A stretch of DNA of 63,365 nucleotides, counting the filler, from Saprolegnia diclina VS20 (taxonomy: Eukaryota), in the NCBI RefSeq assembly GCF_000281045.1. It is 7 parts of 3 records of this genome, joined end to end, with 100 filler letters (N's around TTAATTAATTAA, not from the genome) between each part and the next. Parts side by side here need not be neighbours in the genome. Positions count along the whole stretch, not along the records: positions 1 to 28,846 come from NW_008246130.1; positions 28,947 to 54,590 come from NW_008246131.1; 5 more parts are not named here. One strand, 5' to 3'. Below, piece after piece: positions 24,143 through 35,655 of this stretch. Every line of letters begins with the position of its first letter. Positions within the stretch are counted from its first letter, which is position 1. The notes beneath the pieces were generated by a model. It did not search any database. It was not told the origin of the DNA and saw only the letters and a list, made by a program, of their open reading frames with translations. The position numbers were made by a program, and so were the translations under genes.

Positions 24143-25986
24143 TTAGCCGAACACAATGGAGGACTCGCCAGCGCCGTGCTGCTGCTTCTTGCCAGCAAAC
24201 TTGGGTTGGAAGTCGCCCTTGGGCTTGGACGTGTTCTCGACATAGCCAGAGGTCTCGAAGCCGCTGGCGTTGATGCCTTGCGCAGCCAGGTTGGCGTTGA
24301 TCGCAGCCTTGTCGGTCGCCGAGATGCCAATGTCGTTCTTGACCTCCTCGACTGTCTGCGTCCCGTCCGGGTGCGTCACGAGGACGCGGCGGCACGTCGA
24401 GTTGGCGCACCAGCCCTCGCCGCCAGAAATGTGCCACGCATTGCGGATCATGAGCTCAAAGTAGTCGTCGTCATCAATGGACGCGCTAACGTTGGCGTAG
24501 TACCGAATGAACTCGTCGGGCGTCACTTTCCCGTCCTTCTCGCCACCGTCAAACGTGTCGAGAAAGTCGCGGAAGATCTCGTTCTTCGTCTTGCGCCCAG
24601 AGATGACGTCCGGGTGCTGATCGGCATTGTACTTGGCGACAATATCGTCGAGCTCGACAATCTACAGGGATACAATTGAGATCGACATTTTGCATGCTGC
24701 AACAATGCACCCCGTTGCCGTTAGCATCGATGACCGTGAAGGCGAGAAGCACCATTTGCTTCCGGCGCTCGTTCAACTCGCCCTAGAAACACGTTGAGCT
24801 CTCCGAGCGACAGGAAACGTTGCAATCGTACACGAAGGCCGACGAGGAACTCGTCATAGCTGAGGTTGCCCGACTTGTCGTCGTCGAAAAACTCGAACAA
24901 ATCGGTGATTTCCTACGACACACAACATGCGCGACTAAGCCATAGCCCAGCAAAGGACTGTGCTTGGCACCTTATCGGTGAGGTTCATGGCGTGTTCGGC
25001 AATAGCCTTCTTGAACTCGTTAATGTCGAGCGTCTTGCTGCCATCGTCGTCAATGATGCGGAACTTGCGGCCCAAGCCGACAATACCGCTACACATAAAC
25101 ACTCCATGAGTGACGAACATACTATAGAAGGAACGAACCGAGCGCCGTGTTCATAGAGAGTCTGGCGAAGTGCGGCAAGGGTATCGGTGACGGCGCGAGG
25201 CGCGTTCTTCACGGCCTTCGAGACAGCGTTGCCCGTGCTGACAACCTTATCCGTCTTCTTAACCACCTTAGGCGCAGCGTGGTGGTTGCCGTTTGGGATT
25301 TCATTGCCACGGAAGGGGTGCGACACGAAGCCACCAAGATGCACGAGACCTTCGATGCTGTGGGCGAAGTCAACACCCCAGCCGCTCTTGGCCTTGACAG
25401 ACGCAACGCGCGGCTCACCAATGAAAAGCGCGCGAACGATCGGCTTGACGGTGGCGATGCTGATCTGGATGAGAGCTTGCGTCACGGTCGTGGCCGTCGA
25501 CTGAAACAGCGCATCGGCCGCGTTGAGGAAGCCAAAGCACACGACGGCGTCAAAACCGCCGTTGAGAGCAAGCTTGTTGGCAGCATACGGGAGATCTTCG
25601 AGCGACGGCACGGCGACGACTTCGTGGAAGACGTCAGGCGTAAGCTCCTTGAGAAAGTTGGCGACGAACTCGTCGACAAGAGCGTCATCAGCCTTGGTCT
25701 TGACGACCGCGACGCGGACGGAGACAGCAATACGCGATGTAGTCGATGCAACTTCCGAGGGAGGCGCGGATGCCGCAACGACGGGCACGGGGGCCGGCGG
25801 GGCACCAAAGGGCGAGCTCTCGCTCGTGGTGTTGGAGGCGCTGGCGCGGGGGTTAAACTTCGCCTTCGGTGGCGACGGAGGCGTATTGTCGTTGAAGCTC
25901 CAGCTGGAGTTGCCACCAGGAGGCGCGTGAAGTCGCGTGGACGGGCGCTTGAGCTCGCCCATATCGGCGCTCGTCAATGTGCTCAT
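24143..25986 (-). CDS. Fusion protein: N-terminal PPGG motif + lumazine-synthase-like domain + calcyphosin-like EF-hand domain
   Basis: Exon 1 holds RPSTRLHAPPGGNSSWSF and RVAVVKTK...VAVPSLEDLPYAA...GFDAVVCFG...ISIATVKPIV. It splices into GARGIVGLGRKFRIIDDDGSKTLDINEF, FDDDKSGNLSYDEF, IDANGNG, YNADQHPDVISG, DGKVTPDEFIRYYANVSASIDDDDYFELMIRNAW (calcyphosin signature). ATG at 25986 or 25962. Confidence 0.85.
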
Positions 25987-26717
25987 GAGGCTGCTTGGTT
26001 GTCTTCGAAATATAAAGTCCGCAAGATCTCCCTCCTCCTCCGGCACTTGATGCGAAACCTCTCACATTCTATACTTTGGGCTGTGAGACATCAAAAGCCA
26101 GAGGTCGTGAGGTGTAAAAACGACCCCACGTACCTTGTCTTCGCGCTGCCTGTAGCGCCTTTGTTGTCGGCCCTGGTGCGGTTGGGTACCTCTTGCTCGT
26201 GCTCTCTATGATCGCACCCAATACATTCATCCGGCACACTAGTACCCACCGGGCGCAGGATATTGGATATTCAAGCTCATGCGCGCCTCAATTTAAATAT
26301 ATTGTATATTCTTCGGAATCCCCCATGGGAATCCCCTGTTGCCTTCAATGCAGTGCATCATGATTCCCTTCCATTCCAGGAAGCTGCGATGCAAGAGACT
26401 ACATGTATAGTAATGCAGTATTCCCTTGCTTTGATTATTCACCTTCCTCGAAGCAGCGTACGGCCAGCTCCACGAGCTATTCCACACCTGGCGAAGCATC
26501 CTGATTACTTGCGGCTCGCGTGGCGCGGCTTCGCTTGCTGGCGTGTTCCTTTGGCGCGGCTTAGATTTCGGCTGCGCAATATAAAGATCGCGATGCCCAA
26601 TTCCATACAAATACGAGGTGATATAATTCTGGACGCCTGTCTCGCCGAACGACTGACGTTTCCAGGACCAATTATAAAATATTTTCATTTCTCGAATCGG
26701 GCGACGGACGGACGACC

Positions 26718-27505
26718 ATGATCAAGTTGAAGGCCCGCCAGCAGGAGAAGAAAAAGGAAGAGGAAGCGGCTGCTGCCGCCGCAGCTGAGCACGTGGCCTC
26801 TGGCGCCCCCGAGCCCGATGAGTCGGAGGCCAAGGCCAAGGTGTCCATCTTCGGTATCGGCCGCGGGAAGCGCACGGCCAAGCCCAAGGAGAAGAAACGG
26901 ACGCCTGGCGAGATTCGCATCCAGAAAGGTACTTCACGCATTGCATCCTGCGACCTCGGGAATCTTACATGCGCACAGACATTGCCGAGCTCGATGGCGG
27001 GTCTGCAGCTGTCGTGAGCTTCCCGGACCCGAACGACCTCACGACCTTCGACGTCAAGGTGGCAGTCGACACGGGCCTCTGGACCGGCGCCACGTATCAC
27101 TTCACGTTCAAGATTCCTGCGGTAAGTTCTCTCAGATCTGCGGAGAAGAATCTCATGTCGTTTTAGCTGTACCCGCACGAACCGCCGAAAGTGCGCTGCG
27201 AGACCAAGGTACGGACATTCGTGAGATCGCGTGCGCTCACATCTTCGTAGATCTACCACCCGAACATCGATCTTGAAGGCCACGTGTGCTTGAACATCCT
27301 CCGCGACGACTGGAAGCCTGTGCTCGACATCAACGCCGTTATTTATGGCCTCATCTACCTTTTTTACGAGCCCAACCCGGACGACCCGCTGAACAAGGAA
27401 GCCGCCGAGATTTTCCGCAACGATCCGCGCCGATTCCAAGACCTCGTGACACGCTCGCTCCGCGGCCAGACTGTCCAGGGACAGCAGTTTGAGCGTCTTG
27501 TGTAA
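26718..27505 (+). CDS. UBC12: NEDD8-conjugating enzyme Ubc12 (UBE2M)
   Basis: MIKL N-terminus, EIRIQKDIAEL, and [24 protein letters not shown]...[13 protein letters not shown]. Three introns. Confidence 0.92.
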
Positions 27506-27605
27506 CCTCGACTTGTCGAGAACAATGGATGACGATGGCGAGCAAATGCAGTTCACACTCTTCGTAGCTTACACAACATGGTCCTAGTACCGACGCGTGC
27601 CGTTT

Positions 27606-28403
27606 CTACAATGGGACGCAAGCGACCGTAGTGGGGACACACTGGGCAAAGTACGCGTTCTGGCGCTTGCACGCCCATCCCATCGTTGAGCCGCAGACAC
27701 TGTCGTCAAGCCAGCCGTCACCACCACACTGCTCGTAGCCCACCTTGTCAGGGCGGCAAACAGTATCCAAGCAGGTCGCTCCTTGTGTGCAACGCTCACC
27801 GTGGTCGCAGTGCGCCCAAAATCCGACGCATGTACCATGGCGGGGCACTTCCTCCGTGTGCGTCGGCTCTGGCGCCGGTGTCTTCTTAGTGCACTTCGGT
27901 CGCTTCGTGGATGGGATCGTCGCGTCCGGCGTCGTCGGTTGCGTTGTCTCGGACACCGAAGTCGTCGCTGTGGTCGTTGTTGGGGTCGCGCCTACGTGCG
28001 ATGGCGGACGTGGCATCTCGGTGCACGGCGTTGGCGTCTTCGTTTTTGTCGAGCAGATCTTTCGCGTTGGCGTCGGCGTCGGCGGCACAGTTGCTGGTGC
28101 AGGGGTCTTTGGAGAGCACTTTTTGTGTGTCGACGTATTGGTCGGCACGGGTGTGGGTGTCTTGGGCACACAGCGATGTTTCGGCGGCACGGGTGTCGTT
28201 CTGTTCGTGATCACGGATGGCTTCGGCGAGCATTTCTTTTTGGGGGAAGGACTTGTGCTGTTGACTTGCGCCGTTGGTGGTGGTGTCTGCGGCGGTAAGA
28301 GCGAAGGTGCGTAGCTGCCGATGGCAGACGATCCTCCTTTGGAGCTGGCGATTGCCGCCGTTCCACACAAGACAAGGACCTTGATGACCGACAGTAGCAG
28401 CAT
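27606..28403 (-). CDS. Secreted Pro/Thr-rich protein with C-terminal CBM1 cellulose-binding module
   Basis: Signal peptide MLLLSVIKVLVLCGTAAIA, a P/T/K linker with KKCSPK-type repeats, and C-terminal YEQCGGDGW...C......C...NAYFAQC. Confidence 0.85.
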   Translation of the reverse strand: MLLLSVIKVLVLCGTAAIASSKGGSSAIGSYAPSLLPPQTPPPTAQVNSTSPSPKKKCSPKPSVITNRTTPVPPKHRCVPKTPTPVPTNTSTHKKCSPKTPAPATVPPTPTPTRKICSTKTKTPTPCTEMPRPPSHVGATPTTTTATTSVSETTQPTTPDATIPSTKRPKCTKKTPAPEPTHTEEVPRHGTCVGFWAHCDHGERCTQGATCLDTVCRPDKVGYEQCGGDGWLDDSVCGSTMGWACKRQNAYFAQCVPTTVACVPL

Positions 28404-28846
28404 GGCAATGATCTAAAAGTGGGGTTCATTGCGAATAAATCTGCCTCCAGATCGGGCAAGCTAGCATGGCTTGTATCAATGATGGCGACCAGTCTTGGCC
28501 AACTACATTTAGAACGACTAGCACTTTGCTTGTGAGCTGCACCATCTTGTGTTACACGAGAATCCCCGGAAACTAGAGCTAATTTGAGTCGCAGCTTTCC
28601 AAAATGACGGCTGGCAATGCACTGGTAGGTCGATGGTCAGATAGCTTGATTGTGATTACCAACGCTGGCAGTGAAGTCAGGAAAAGTTCTCAACGGAGGA
28701 CCACGAGTTGCAATGTTAGTTAATGTTAGTTGCAGACTAACGCTTAATAGGGCGTCAGACAGGAAGCAATCTATCTATCACCAGAGGATACAACACAGCA
28801 AACGTCGATTGCCAAACCGCACGAACCACGCATGACATTCATAAAT

Positions 28847-28946
28847 NNNNNNNNNNNNNNNNNNNNNNNNNNNNNNNNNNNNNNNNNNNNTTAATTAATT
28901 AANNNNNNNNNNNNNNNNNNNNNNNNNNNNNNNNNNNNNNNNNNNN
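28847..28946. other. Assembly gap with artificial TTAATTAATTAA spacer
   Basis: 44 N + TTAATTAATTAA + 44 N. Identical gaps occur at 54591-54690, 56325-56424, 58002-58101, 59713-59812 and 61661-61760. Confidence 0.98.
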
Positions 28947-31587
28947 TGGTGGGCGACCATCAGTGCCGCCGTTCTTGCCCCAGCCCGCCAGTTGCTCAGC
29001 ATACCAACAGCCGCGGCTGTTGGCGTGACGCTCTCGCACCTCGTGATCGACGCTGTTGGGTCTGGTGACGTCCTCAAGGCCCACGCTACGACGCCCAATA
29101 CGTTTGGCTCGGTCATTATCGTCTTGCCCTCGGCGCGCAAGGGCGGTGCCATCACGTTCGCGCATGGCGACGCCGCCGAGCGGTTTGACGCGCCGCCGTC
29201 AACAACGCTCATGCACATCGCCGTGACATATCTCCAGACCACGATCACGTCGGCGCGCTTGACGTCCGGTTGCCGCTACGCTCTAGTTCTGAACCTCGTG
29301 GACCTTGAAGGTCCGCGGTCGCCGAAGCCGCCGGCGATGATCCGGGCCATCGAAGCGTTCAAGACGCTGGCGGCGCGGCCGACGCATAAGCACCGGCGTA
29401 TCGCGTGTGAGCTCAAGCCCATCAACCACAAGCTTTTGTGGGAGAAGCTCGGACGCAAGGACAAGTACTTGGTCGACGTGCTCTTGGCAACCGGCGCCTA
29501 CGACGTCGTCCTCGTCAGCTTCAAGAAGGAGCGCGACTACGACGCAGAGCTGCCTTATGATAGTGGCAACGAGGACGACTGGGACTACGACAAGCCCCGG
29601 TACAAATACATCAACACGATCGCGCGCTTCAACGAGCATCCCGCGTGTCCGCTTCCAGCTGCGATGCGCCTCATGCTCGCAACCCGAGGCGCCCACGCCT
29701 TTCCCGAGACAACTGGTCCGCTCGAGCGCATATCGATCCCAGCAACCAGCGTCCTCTTCTGGCCCAAGAAGTACCGCGCCGAGATCAACGGTGTCCATTC
29801 TGCACTCAAGATGCTGCAAGACGCGATCAAGGACCCGGCGGCGGACCTTCTCGGGTATGCTTCGGTGCGCGACTTGGCGCAAAGCACCGTCGCAGTCTTT
29901 GGCTGCGGCGATCTTGAGCATCCGATCCCAACGATCGAGCCAATCCTAGAGCTCCTCGTGTTCGACACGGAGCCCGTCACTACCACGTACGTCACGACAA
30001 ATGGGTGCGCTGCTGGTCACGCTCAATGACGTCGACCTCGTCATCAGCTTTTTACGTGACGCTGTCACCATCACGCCCAACACGCCGCTCGACGTCGTCG
30101 CGCCGGTCGTGCACTCGCTCTTGAGTACGTTTGGCTGGATGCTGCTCGCGGACGCCATGATGGGTCTCATTCAGCGCTGGATCTGCTCGGTGACGGGCCC
30201 GCTGCTGCAGCTGCTCTCGAGCTTGGCGGGTATCAGTACGCAGCCCGTGTGCGCTGCGGTGCGCCAGCCTTGCTTTGGCGAGTTTCTCAAAGCTGCGTGG
30301 TCGACTCTAGTCCACCACCGTCGCCTCAAGCTTCGCTGCACCGGAGCGAGCGCCTGCACGGCGCTCTTGTGCGACCTTTTACTGCTTGGCGCGCACGTCG
30401 AGCGTTCGATTCCCGAGGACCCGAGTGACAACTGGCTCGGCGCGCATTTGCCACCGACGCTTCTCTCGGTCGTGGACGACTACATTCGTCCGCGCCGGTC
30501 GGCCCTTGTCGCTGTCCAGCGCATGTACGGTGATGACACAATGGCGCTGCTGGCGTACCTCTCGCAGGCACTACCCAATGTCGCGGCAAGTCGCCCGGAG
30601 ATGCAATTAGCGCCGTTCGCCGATGCCCTCCTCGCTACCTTTGATGCGTTGCCCGCACCGAGTCGGCCCACAGCGTATAGCATACGCTACATGACCGACA
30701 CGACGTCGCTGCGGCGGGTCATGAGCCCGCAGTCGTTTGCAAGCTTGTTGGTCGTCCTCGACACGACTTGTCGCTGCACGGCTGAGTTCTTATCGCTGCT
30801 TTGGCGTCGGTGGGGTCTCTCGACCGGTTTCGTGTACGCCTTTGTCAAAATGCCCGTGTCGTCGTCCCTCCAAGCCCTTGTGACCGCCCACTTTGTCGAC
30901 CTTGCGCCGTCGCTTGCGCGATTTCAAGACCAATTTTGCGATCTAGCGCAAGGGCAATCGGCCGAGAAACGCATTGTGGTACTGTCGCGCATCGAGCCGA
31001 CGAAGAACGCACTCGTCTTGCTCGCAACGTTGGCACCGGATGCAATTCTGGCATTTACTACAGCTTGGCTGGCGGCGCTGCCGACTACGGTCGACGCCAC
31101 GCTCTACCGGCTCTACCCCGTTGCCACGTATATGGTCGACCAGCTCGGCCGTCGCCATGGCAGTGCGCGTCTGACATCAGAGTGCTTGGGGAGGCTGCGA
31201 GCCGCCCGCGCCCCGATCGCACTCGGGCCTGCGCACGAGATGACCGACATGGCCATCGATCCAGAGCACTGCGTCGAGTGCTGCGACGTCGCTGCCTTTC
31301 TTCAAGACGGCGCGCGATCGTACTTGCCTCTCAGGACGGACGCTTGGGATCTCTGCAAAGCCGTCCGCAAGTGCCTCGCTGCCCACTCTGACGTTCTCTT
31401 GGAGGCCAAGTGCTCGAACCGGGACCTTGATGGCGTTCTCAAGCTACCGCCACCAGCCGGCATCTCGGTAGCCGAGTACACGCGCACCCAGAACGACCAA
31501 GCGCACCTCGCCCGCTGCATTGCAAGACTCGGAGTCATTCCAGTCGATGCCACATCGCCTGCAGCGAAGCGCCCACGGCACGCTTAA
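28947..31587 (+). CDS. Degenerate 2OG-Fe(II) oxygenase-like large protein; 5' truncated by gap, frame change near 30000
   Basis: TFGSVIIVLPSARKGGAITFAHG and LTSGCRYALVLNL resemble the 2OG oxygenase jelly-roll. C-terminal HCVECCDVAAFLQD. ORFs 28992-30029 and 30001-31587 overlap in different frames. Confidence 0.6.
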
Positions 31588-32067
31588 AGGCTAGAAAACC
31601 AGCGCTGTGTACCGTGCGATATCTACTGCGTATCAATAATTTCACTTCAAAGAAGAGTTTTGGTGGATCCAGCGCAAACAATGTGCGATCCGTCGTCGTT
31701 CGGAGCATTGGACACTCGACTTGCTTTCGACTGCGCCTTCTGGGGGAATGCACAAGAGTGCATGGCGGGCCTCTATGCGGGCGTCATCGTGCGCTGACTC
31801 ACTCGTCCAGACGCGTACTGTGCACCATGACCACTGAGTCGACTTTGCCGTCTGTAAAGAGGCACCTAATCGTGCATCGGGTGCGGATTGCGTGTGATTA
31901 CTAGCACTGGCATGCTACAAACAGCACCTGAATCTCAAGAAGCGCACCGGCGTGGTTGCCCAATCAATGACGAGGTGGACGTATCTTTGCCAACCGTTTC
32001 ACGACACGCTGATAGATTGATACTTGTCCAAAGGAGAACGTTATTAAATAATGACGAGACGACAAGG

Positions 32068-35000
32068 TTAGGCCGAGACACGGCTGCGGCGGCCCGCGAC
32101 GTTGCCCATGTTTTTCGGGTGCCGCTGGAACGTCAATAGCACGGGCTTGGGCGCCTCGCGGAGGTACCGGAAGGCTGCGTCGTGGCCAATGTGGCGGATG
32201 TCTTGGTGGTTGACGCAGACCCACGCGTCGCCGAGGCCGACCTGGCGCATCGGGTGGTGGCGCTGGCGGTACGCGGCGCCCGTCGTCTTGATCGACGTCA
32301 CCTCGAGGTAGAAGCGGAGGCGCGGCTGGCGCATCGAAATCCCGAGGCTGTCGTCGTCGTCGGTCCACATGATGTGGTACCAGTACTTTTCATCGCTCGG
32401 GTTCCAGCTCCAGCGGTCCGCAGGGCCAAAGCTAAACTGCTTGCTCGGCTCGGGCGACAAGACGATCGACGAGTTGCGCCAAAACTCGGTGAGTGAGTCG
32501 CCTGTCGAGAGCCGGTCGGCGTTCTCGTGCTTGTTGTGCTCCGTGCGCTGAAACCGGAGGATCGTCGTGCTCGACCCGCGCTGGTTGAGCTCCCACAGCG
32601 TGTGCTGGAGCGACTTGTTGTACGTCGGAACGTCGCGCACGTGGGTGAGGTGGTCGCCGTTGCGGACACTGAGAATGCCGGGGATCTTGGCGTTGATGCG
32701 CGCGATCGACCGGACGCGCGGGTACTTCTTCACCGGATCGTAGTCAAAGTCCAGCGAGAGCGACGGGAACGCATTGCGCTGCCAAAGCACTTCGTACTCG
32801 TCGAACGTGAGCCCGTTGAGCGTCGTGCGCAGAAACGGCGGGTCAGCGCTCAGCCGCATGAGCCGCAGACGAACCGGTTTCGCCGTCGTCCCCAGCCGCT
32901 CAATGACCGGTTGGATCGTCGCGTTGGAGAAGCGCTGGCCGTTGTTGGGCGGCGGCTCGATCGCGTAGCCGTTCATGGCCACGAGCACGTCCCCGCATGA
33001 CACAAAGTGCAAGTCGGCGCACTGGCTCAGCGTCGTGTGGATCCGGTCGACCTTGGGCCGGCCCGTCTCGTTGTCAACCGAAAAATGAATGCCGAGCCGA
33101 CCGCACTCCCACACGATCTCGTACTCGATGATCGGACTCGTGATCGTGTCTTCGCTCTCGAGCTCGTCCAACGACGACCGCGTCGACTCGGTTTTGGTGC
33201 CGTCGCACGTGCCGTCGTCGTCGACGGCGTTGGCAGCGGCAGCAGCCGCGTCGGCCTCGGCTTGGGCGAGGGCTTGAGCTTGGGCGCGCGCTTCGGCTTG
33301 AGCTTGAGCTTGGGCTTGGGCTAGCGCTTGGGCCGCCTTGGCCGCAGCGAGGGCGAGTGCTTGCACGGCGCTCCGCCACGTATGAAACCGAATCGACAGT
33401 ACCGCCTTGGTGAGCTTGTTTCCACCGGCAGCGACGCGAGCCAGGCGCGCACGCCGCCAGCGCTCAGTCTTGGCCACAACGATCTTGGCAAATGCCTGCA
33501 AGAGAAGCGCAGCGGCCACACGCTCGCGCCGCTGTCGCCTTCGAACCACGTACTGTGCCAACGACCGGTGGATCACGCGCTCGGCCACGGTTGCCCGAAG
33601 CCGGCGCAGCCCGACGAGTAGGCGGTAGAGGCCATCGAGCAGAAAGACCTTGGTGCGGCCGACTTGGGCGTGGGGCGGTGTCGTCAGCGGCAACAGGCGC
33701 ACGAAATGCGCGACCATGGCGGCGACACTGTCCCGGGCGCCCCGGGGCGCGAGGCACTCGTACGTGTGCACGAACGTGGCATGTGGCATGCGGATCGGGT
33801 ACCCGGAGCGCGCGATCGTCGCGGCCTCGAGAATGCCGGAACAGCGCAGCTGCTCGGCGACCCGGGCCGCGTCAAGGACCCTCGGTCGCAGCTCGTCGTT
33901 GGGCTTGATGCAGCGTACAAAGTGGGGTGCGGTGGCGTTGAGGACGGTCAGAAGCGACGCGAGCTGGACCTGAAACTTGGCCGTCAGCGACGTCGGGCGA
34001 CTCGACTCGGCGGCGACCACAGGGAAGAGCGACACGAGAAACGCATTGCTCGACGTGCGCAGAAAAGCGAGGACGTCCGAGTGCACGTGGTCCTTGTTCT
34101 TGTCGCAAAAGCCGTCGGCCGAGTACACCACGGCGCCCGCGTAGTGCGCGATCGTAAACTGGGCGCGCGCTTGCTGGAGCTTGGTCGTCGCGAGGTGCGC
34201 ATGGCGCTTGGCGACCACGTCGGCGTACTTGGCCGCGAGCTGCGCGTCGTTGCCGCGCGGAATGACGCACTGCTCGTCCAGCAGACAAAAGAGCCCGGTT
34301 GGCCGCGCTTCAAACATGACGACGCACGCGTCATTGTTGGGGTACGCGACAAACGTCCACGGTATCGCCTCGGCCGCATACTCCTTCTGCTCCATCTCAA
34401 AGACGTACTTGGCGAAGAGCTGCTGGAGCTTCTCGTTGGCAAAGTTGATGCAGAGCTGCTCGAGCGAGTTGGTCGCAAAGATCTCGAAGCCAAAGATATC
34501 GACGACGCCAATGAAGCGGGGCGCCGTCACGGTGCGCCGCGTCGAGCTGCTGTACCGCATCGACTCGTTGATGCGCTCGACGAGCCAATCAAAGACGCGC
34601 GCGTAGATGGCCTTGGCGACCGCGTCCCGGGTCGTCGCCGCTTCCAGCACGCTCAACGACGTTGTGATGTGGTCGCCGCCGGCCTTGATCTTCTTGGTCG
34701 TCACGCCCTTCTCCATGCTGCTGGCGTCGATACCCAGCAGCGCCGTGGCGGCCGCTACGTCCGCGTCGTGCTGCAGCGCACTCGCTTCACCGTCCTTCTT
34801 TGCAAACGTCACGTTGCCGAGGTGCAAAACTGCTGCGATGAGCTGCAAGACGTCGTGCTGCTCGGATGCGTCCATGCCGATGGCCGTCATCGCATGGCGC
34901 GTCTTGGCGAACTGATCGCTGTCGTCGACGCCGTCGCGACGGTCGTAGCACTGGCCGCTATTGAGGTACTTGTAGTCCTCGACATGCGTCAGACCCAGCG

Positions 35001-35655
35001 CATGGAGCTCGTCGGACGACGCGCCACGTAAGAGCTCGTAAAAGATGTGGTAGTTGCGCTCGCCTTTGGCCTGCGAGACGAGCCGGACGCGCTCGAGAAG
35101 GTACGTCGAGATGGACGCGCCAAGGAGCGACCCGATCGACTCGAACTCGAGGCGAATAAACTTACCGAACCGCGACGAGTTGTTGTTGCGGTTGGTCCGG
35201 GCGTTGCCAAAGGCTTCGAGGATCGGGTTGGACTCGAGCACGCGCTGGGCGAGGTCGCTCGACGACTCGGATGTCAGCGCCGTCACGTAGTTGAGTATGC
35301 ACTTGGTGGTCTCGGTCTTGCCGGCGCCCGACTCGCCGCTCACGAGGATACTCTGGTCGCGACCGGGCACAGTGTGCATCTCGCGGTACGCCCGGTCAGC
35401 AATCGCATAAATATGAGGCGGCAATGTCGATTCCATGCGCTCGCCGCGGGCGCGCTTGCGGCCGTGCTGCATGTAGCGCGCCTTGACCTCGTGGCCGTAG
35501 AGCGGTAGCGGCGTGAACGGGTTCATGGCAATGAGCACGGCGCCGGTGCTGGTGTAGATGGCCTGCGCGTCGAAGCGCGCGCGCAGCGTGGCGAGGATCG
35601 AAGCCTCGTCCAGCTGCACGAGCGACGTCAGGTCCTCGACCGCGCCCGCCAACAT
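32068..35655 (-). CDS. Myosin heavy chain (motor, ~2 IQ, three PDZ-like tail domains), intronless
   Basis: P-loop GESGAGKT, switch I NNNSSRFGK, switch II DIFGFE and HFVRCIKPN. Tail repeats YEIVW..GRLGI...GDVLVAMNG...KPV.L. Confidence 0.93.
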   Translation of the reverse strand: MLAGAVEDLTSLVQLDEASILATLRARFDAQAIYTSTGAVLIAMNPFTPLPLYGHEVKARYMQHGRKRARGERMESTLPPHIYAIADRAYREMHTVPGRDQSILVSGESGAGKTETTKCILNYVTALTSESSSDLAQRVLESNPILEAFGNARTNRNNNSSRFGKFIRLEFESIGSLLGASISTYLLERVRLVSQAKGERNYHIFYELLRGASSDELHALGLTHVEDYKYLNSGQCYDRRDGVDDSDQFAKTRHAMTAIGMDASEQHDVLQLIAAVLHLGNVTFAKKDGEASALQHDADVAAATALLGIDASSMEKGVTTKKIKAGGDHITTSLSVLEAATTRDAVAKAIYARVFDWLVERINESMRYSSSTRRTVTAPRFIGVVDIFGFEIFATNSLEQLCINFANEKLQQLFAKYVFEMEQKEYAAEAIPWTFVAYPNNDACVVMFEARPTGLFCLLDEQCVIPRGNDAQLAAKYADVVAKRHAHLATTKLQQARAQFTIAHYAGAVVYSADGFCDKNKDHVHSDVLAFLRTSSNAFLVSLFPVVAAESSRPTSLTAKFQVQLASLLTVLNATAPHFVRCIKPNDELRPRVLDAARVAEQLRCSGILEAATIARSGYPIRMPHATFVHTYECLAPRGARDSVAAMVAHFVRLLPLTTPPHAQVGRTKVFLLDGLYRLLVGLRRLRATVAERVIHRSLAQYVVRRRQRRERVAAALLLQAFAKIVVAKTERWRRARLARVAAGGNKLTKAVLSIRFHTWRSAVQALALAAAKAAQALAQAQAQAQAEARAQAQALAQAEADAAAAAANAVDDDGTCDGTKTESTRSSLDELESEDTITSPIIEYEIVWECGRLGIHFSVDNETGRPKVDRIHTTLSQCADLHFVSCGDVLVAMNGYAIEPPPNNGQRFSNATIQPVIERLGTTAKPVRLRLMRLSADPPFLRTTLNGLTFDEYEVLWQRNAFPSLSLDFDYDPVKKYPRVRSIARINAKIPGILSVRNGDHLTHVRDVPTYNKSLQHTLWELNQRGSSTTILRFQRTEHNKHENADRLSTGDSLTEFWRNSSIVLSPEPSKQFSFGPADRWSWNPSDEKYWYHIMWTDDDDSLGISMRQPRLRFYLEVTSIKTTGAAYRQRHHPMRQVGLGDAWVCVNHQDIRHIGHDAAFRYLREAPKPVLLTFQRHPKNMGNVAGRRSRVSA

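Noticed and set aside
28891..28902. TTAATTAATTAA palindrome repeated six times in the window
   Set aside because: It is always centred in a 100-bp N gap, so it is an artificial scaffolding spacer with stops in all frames and not biological.
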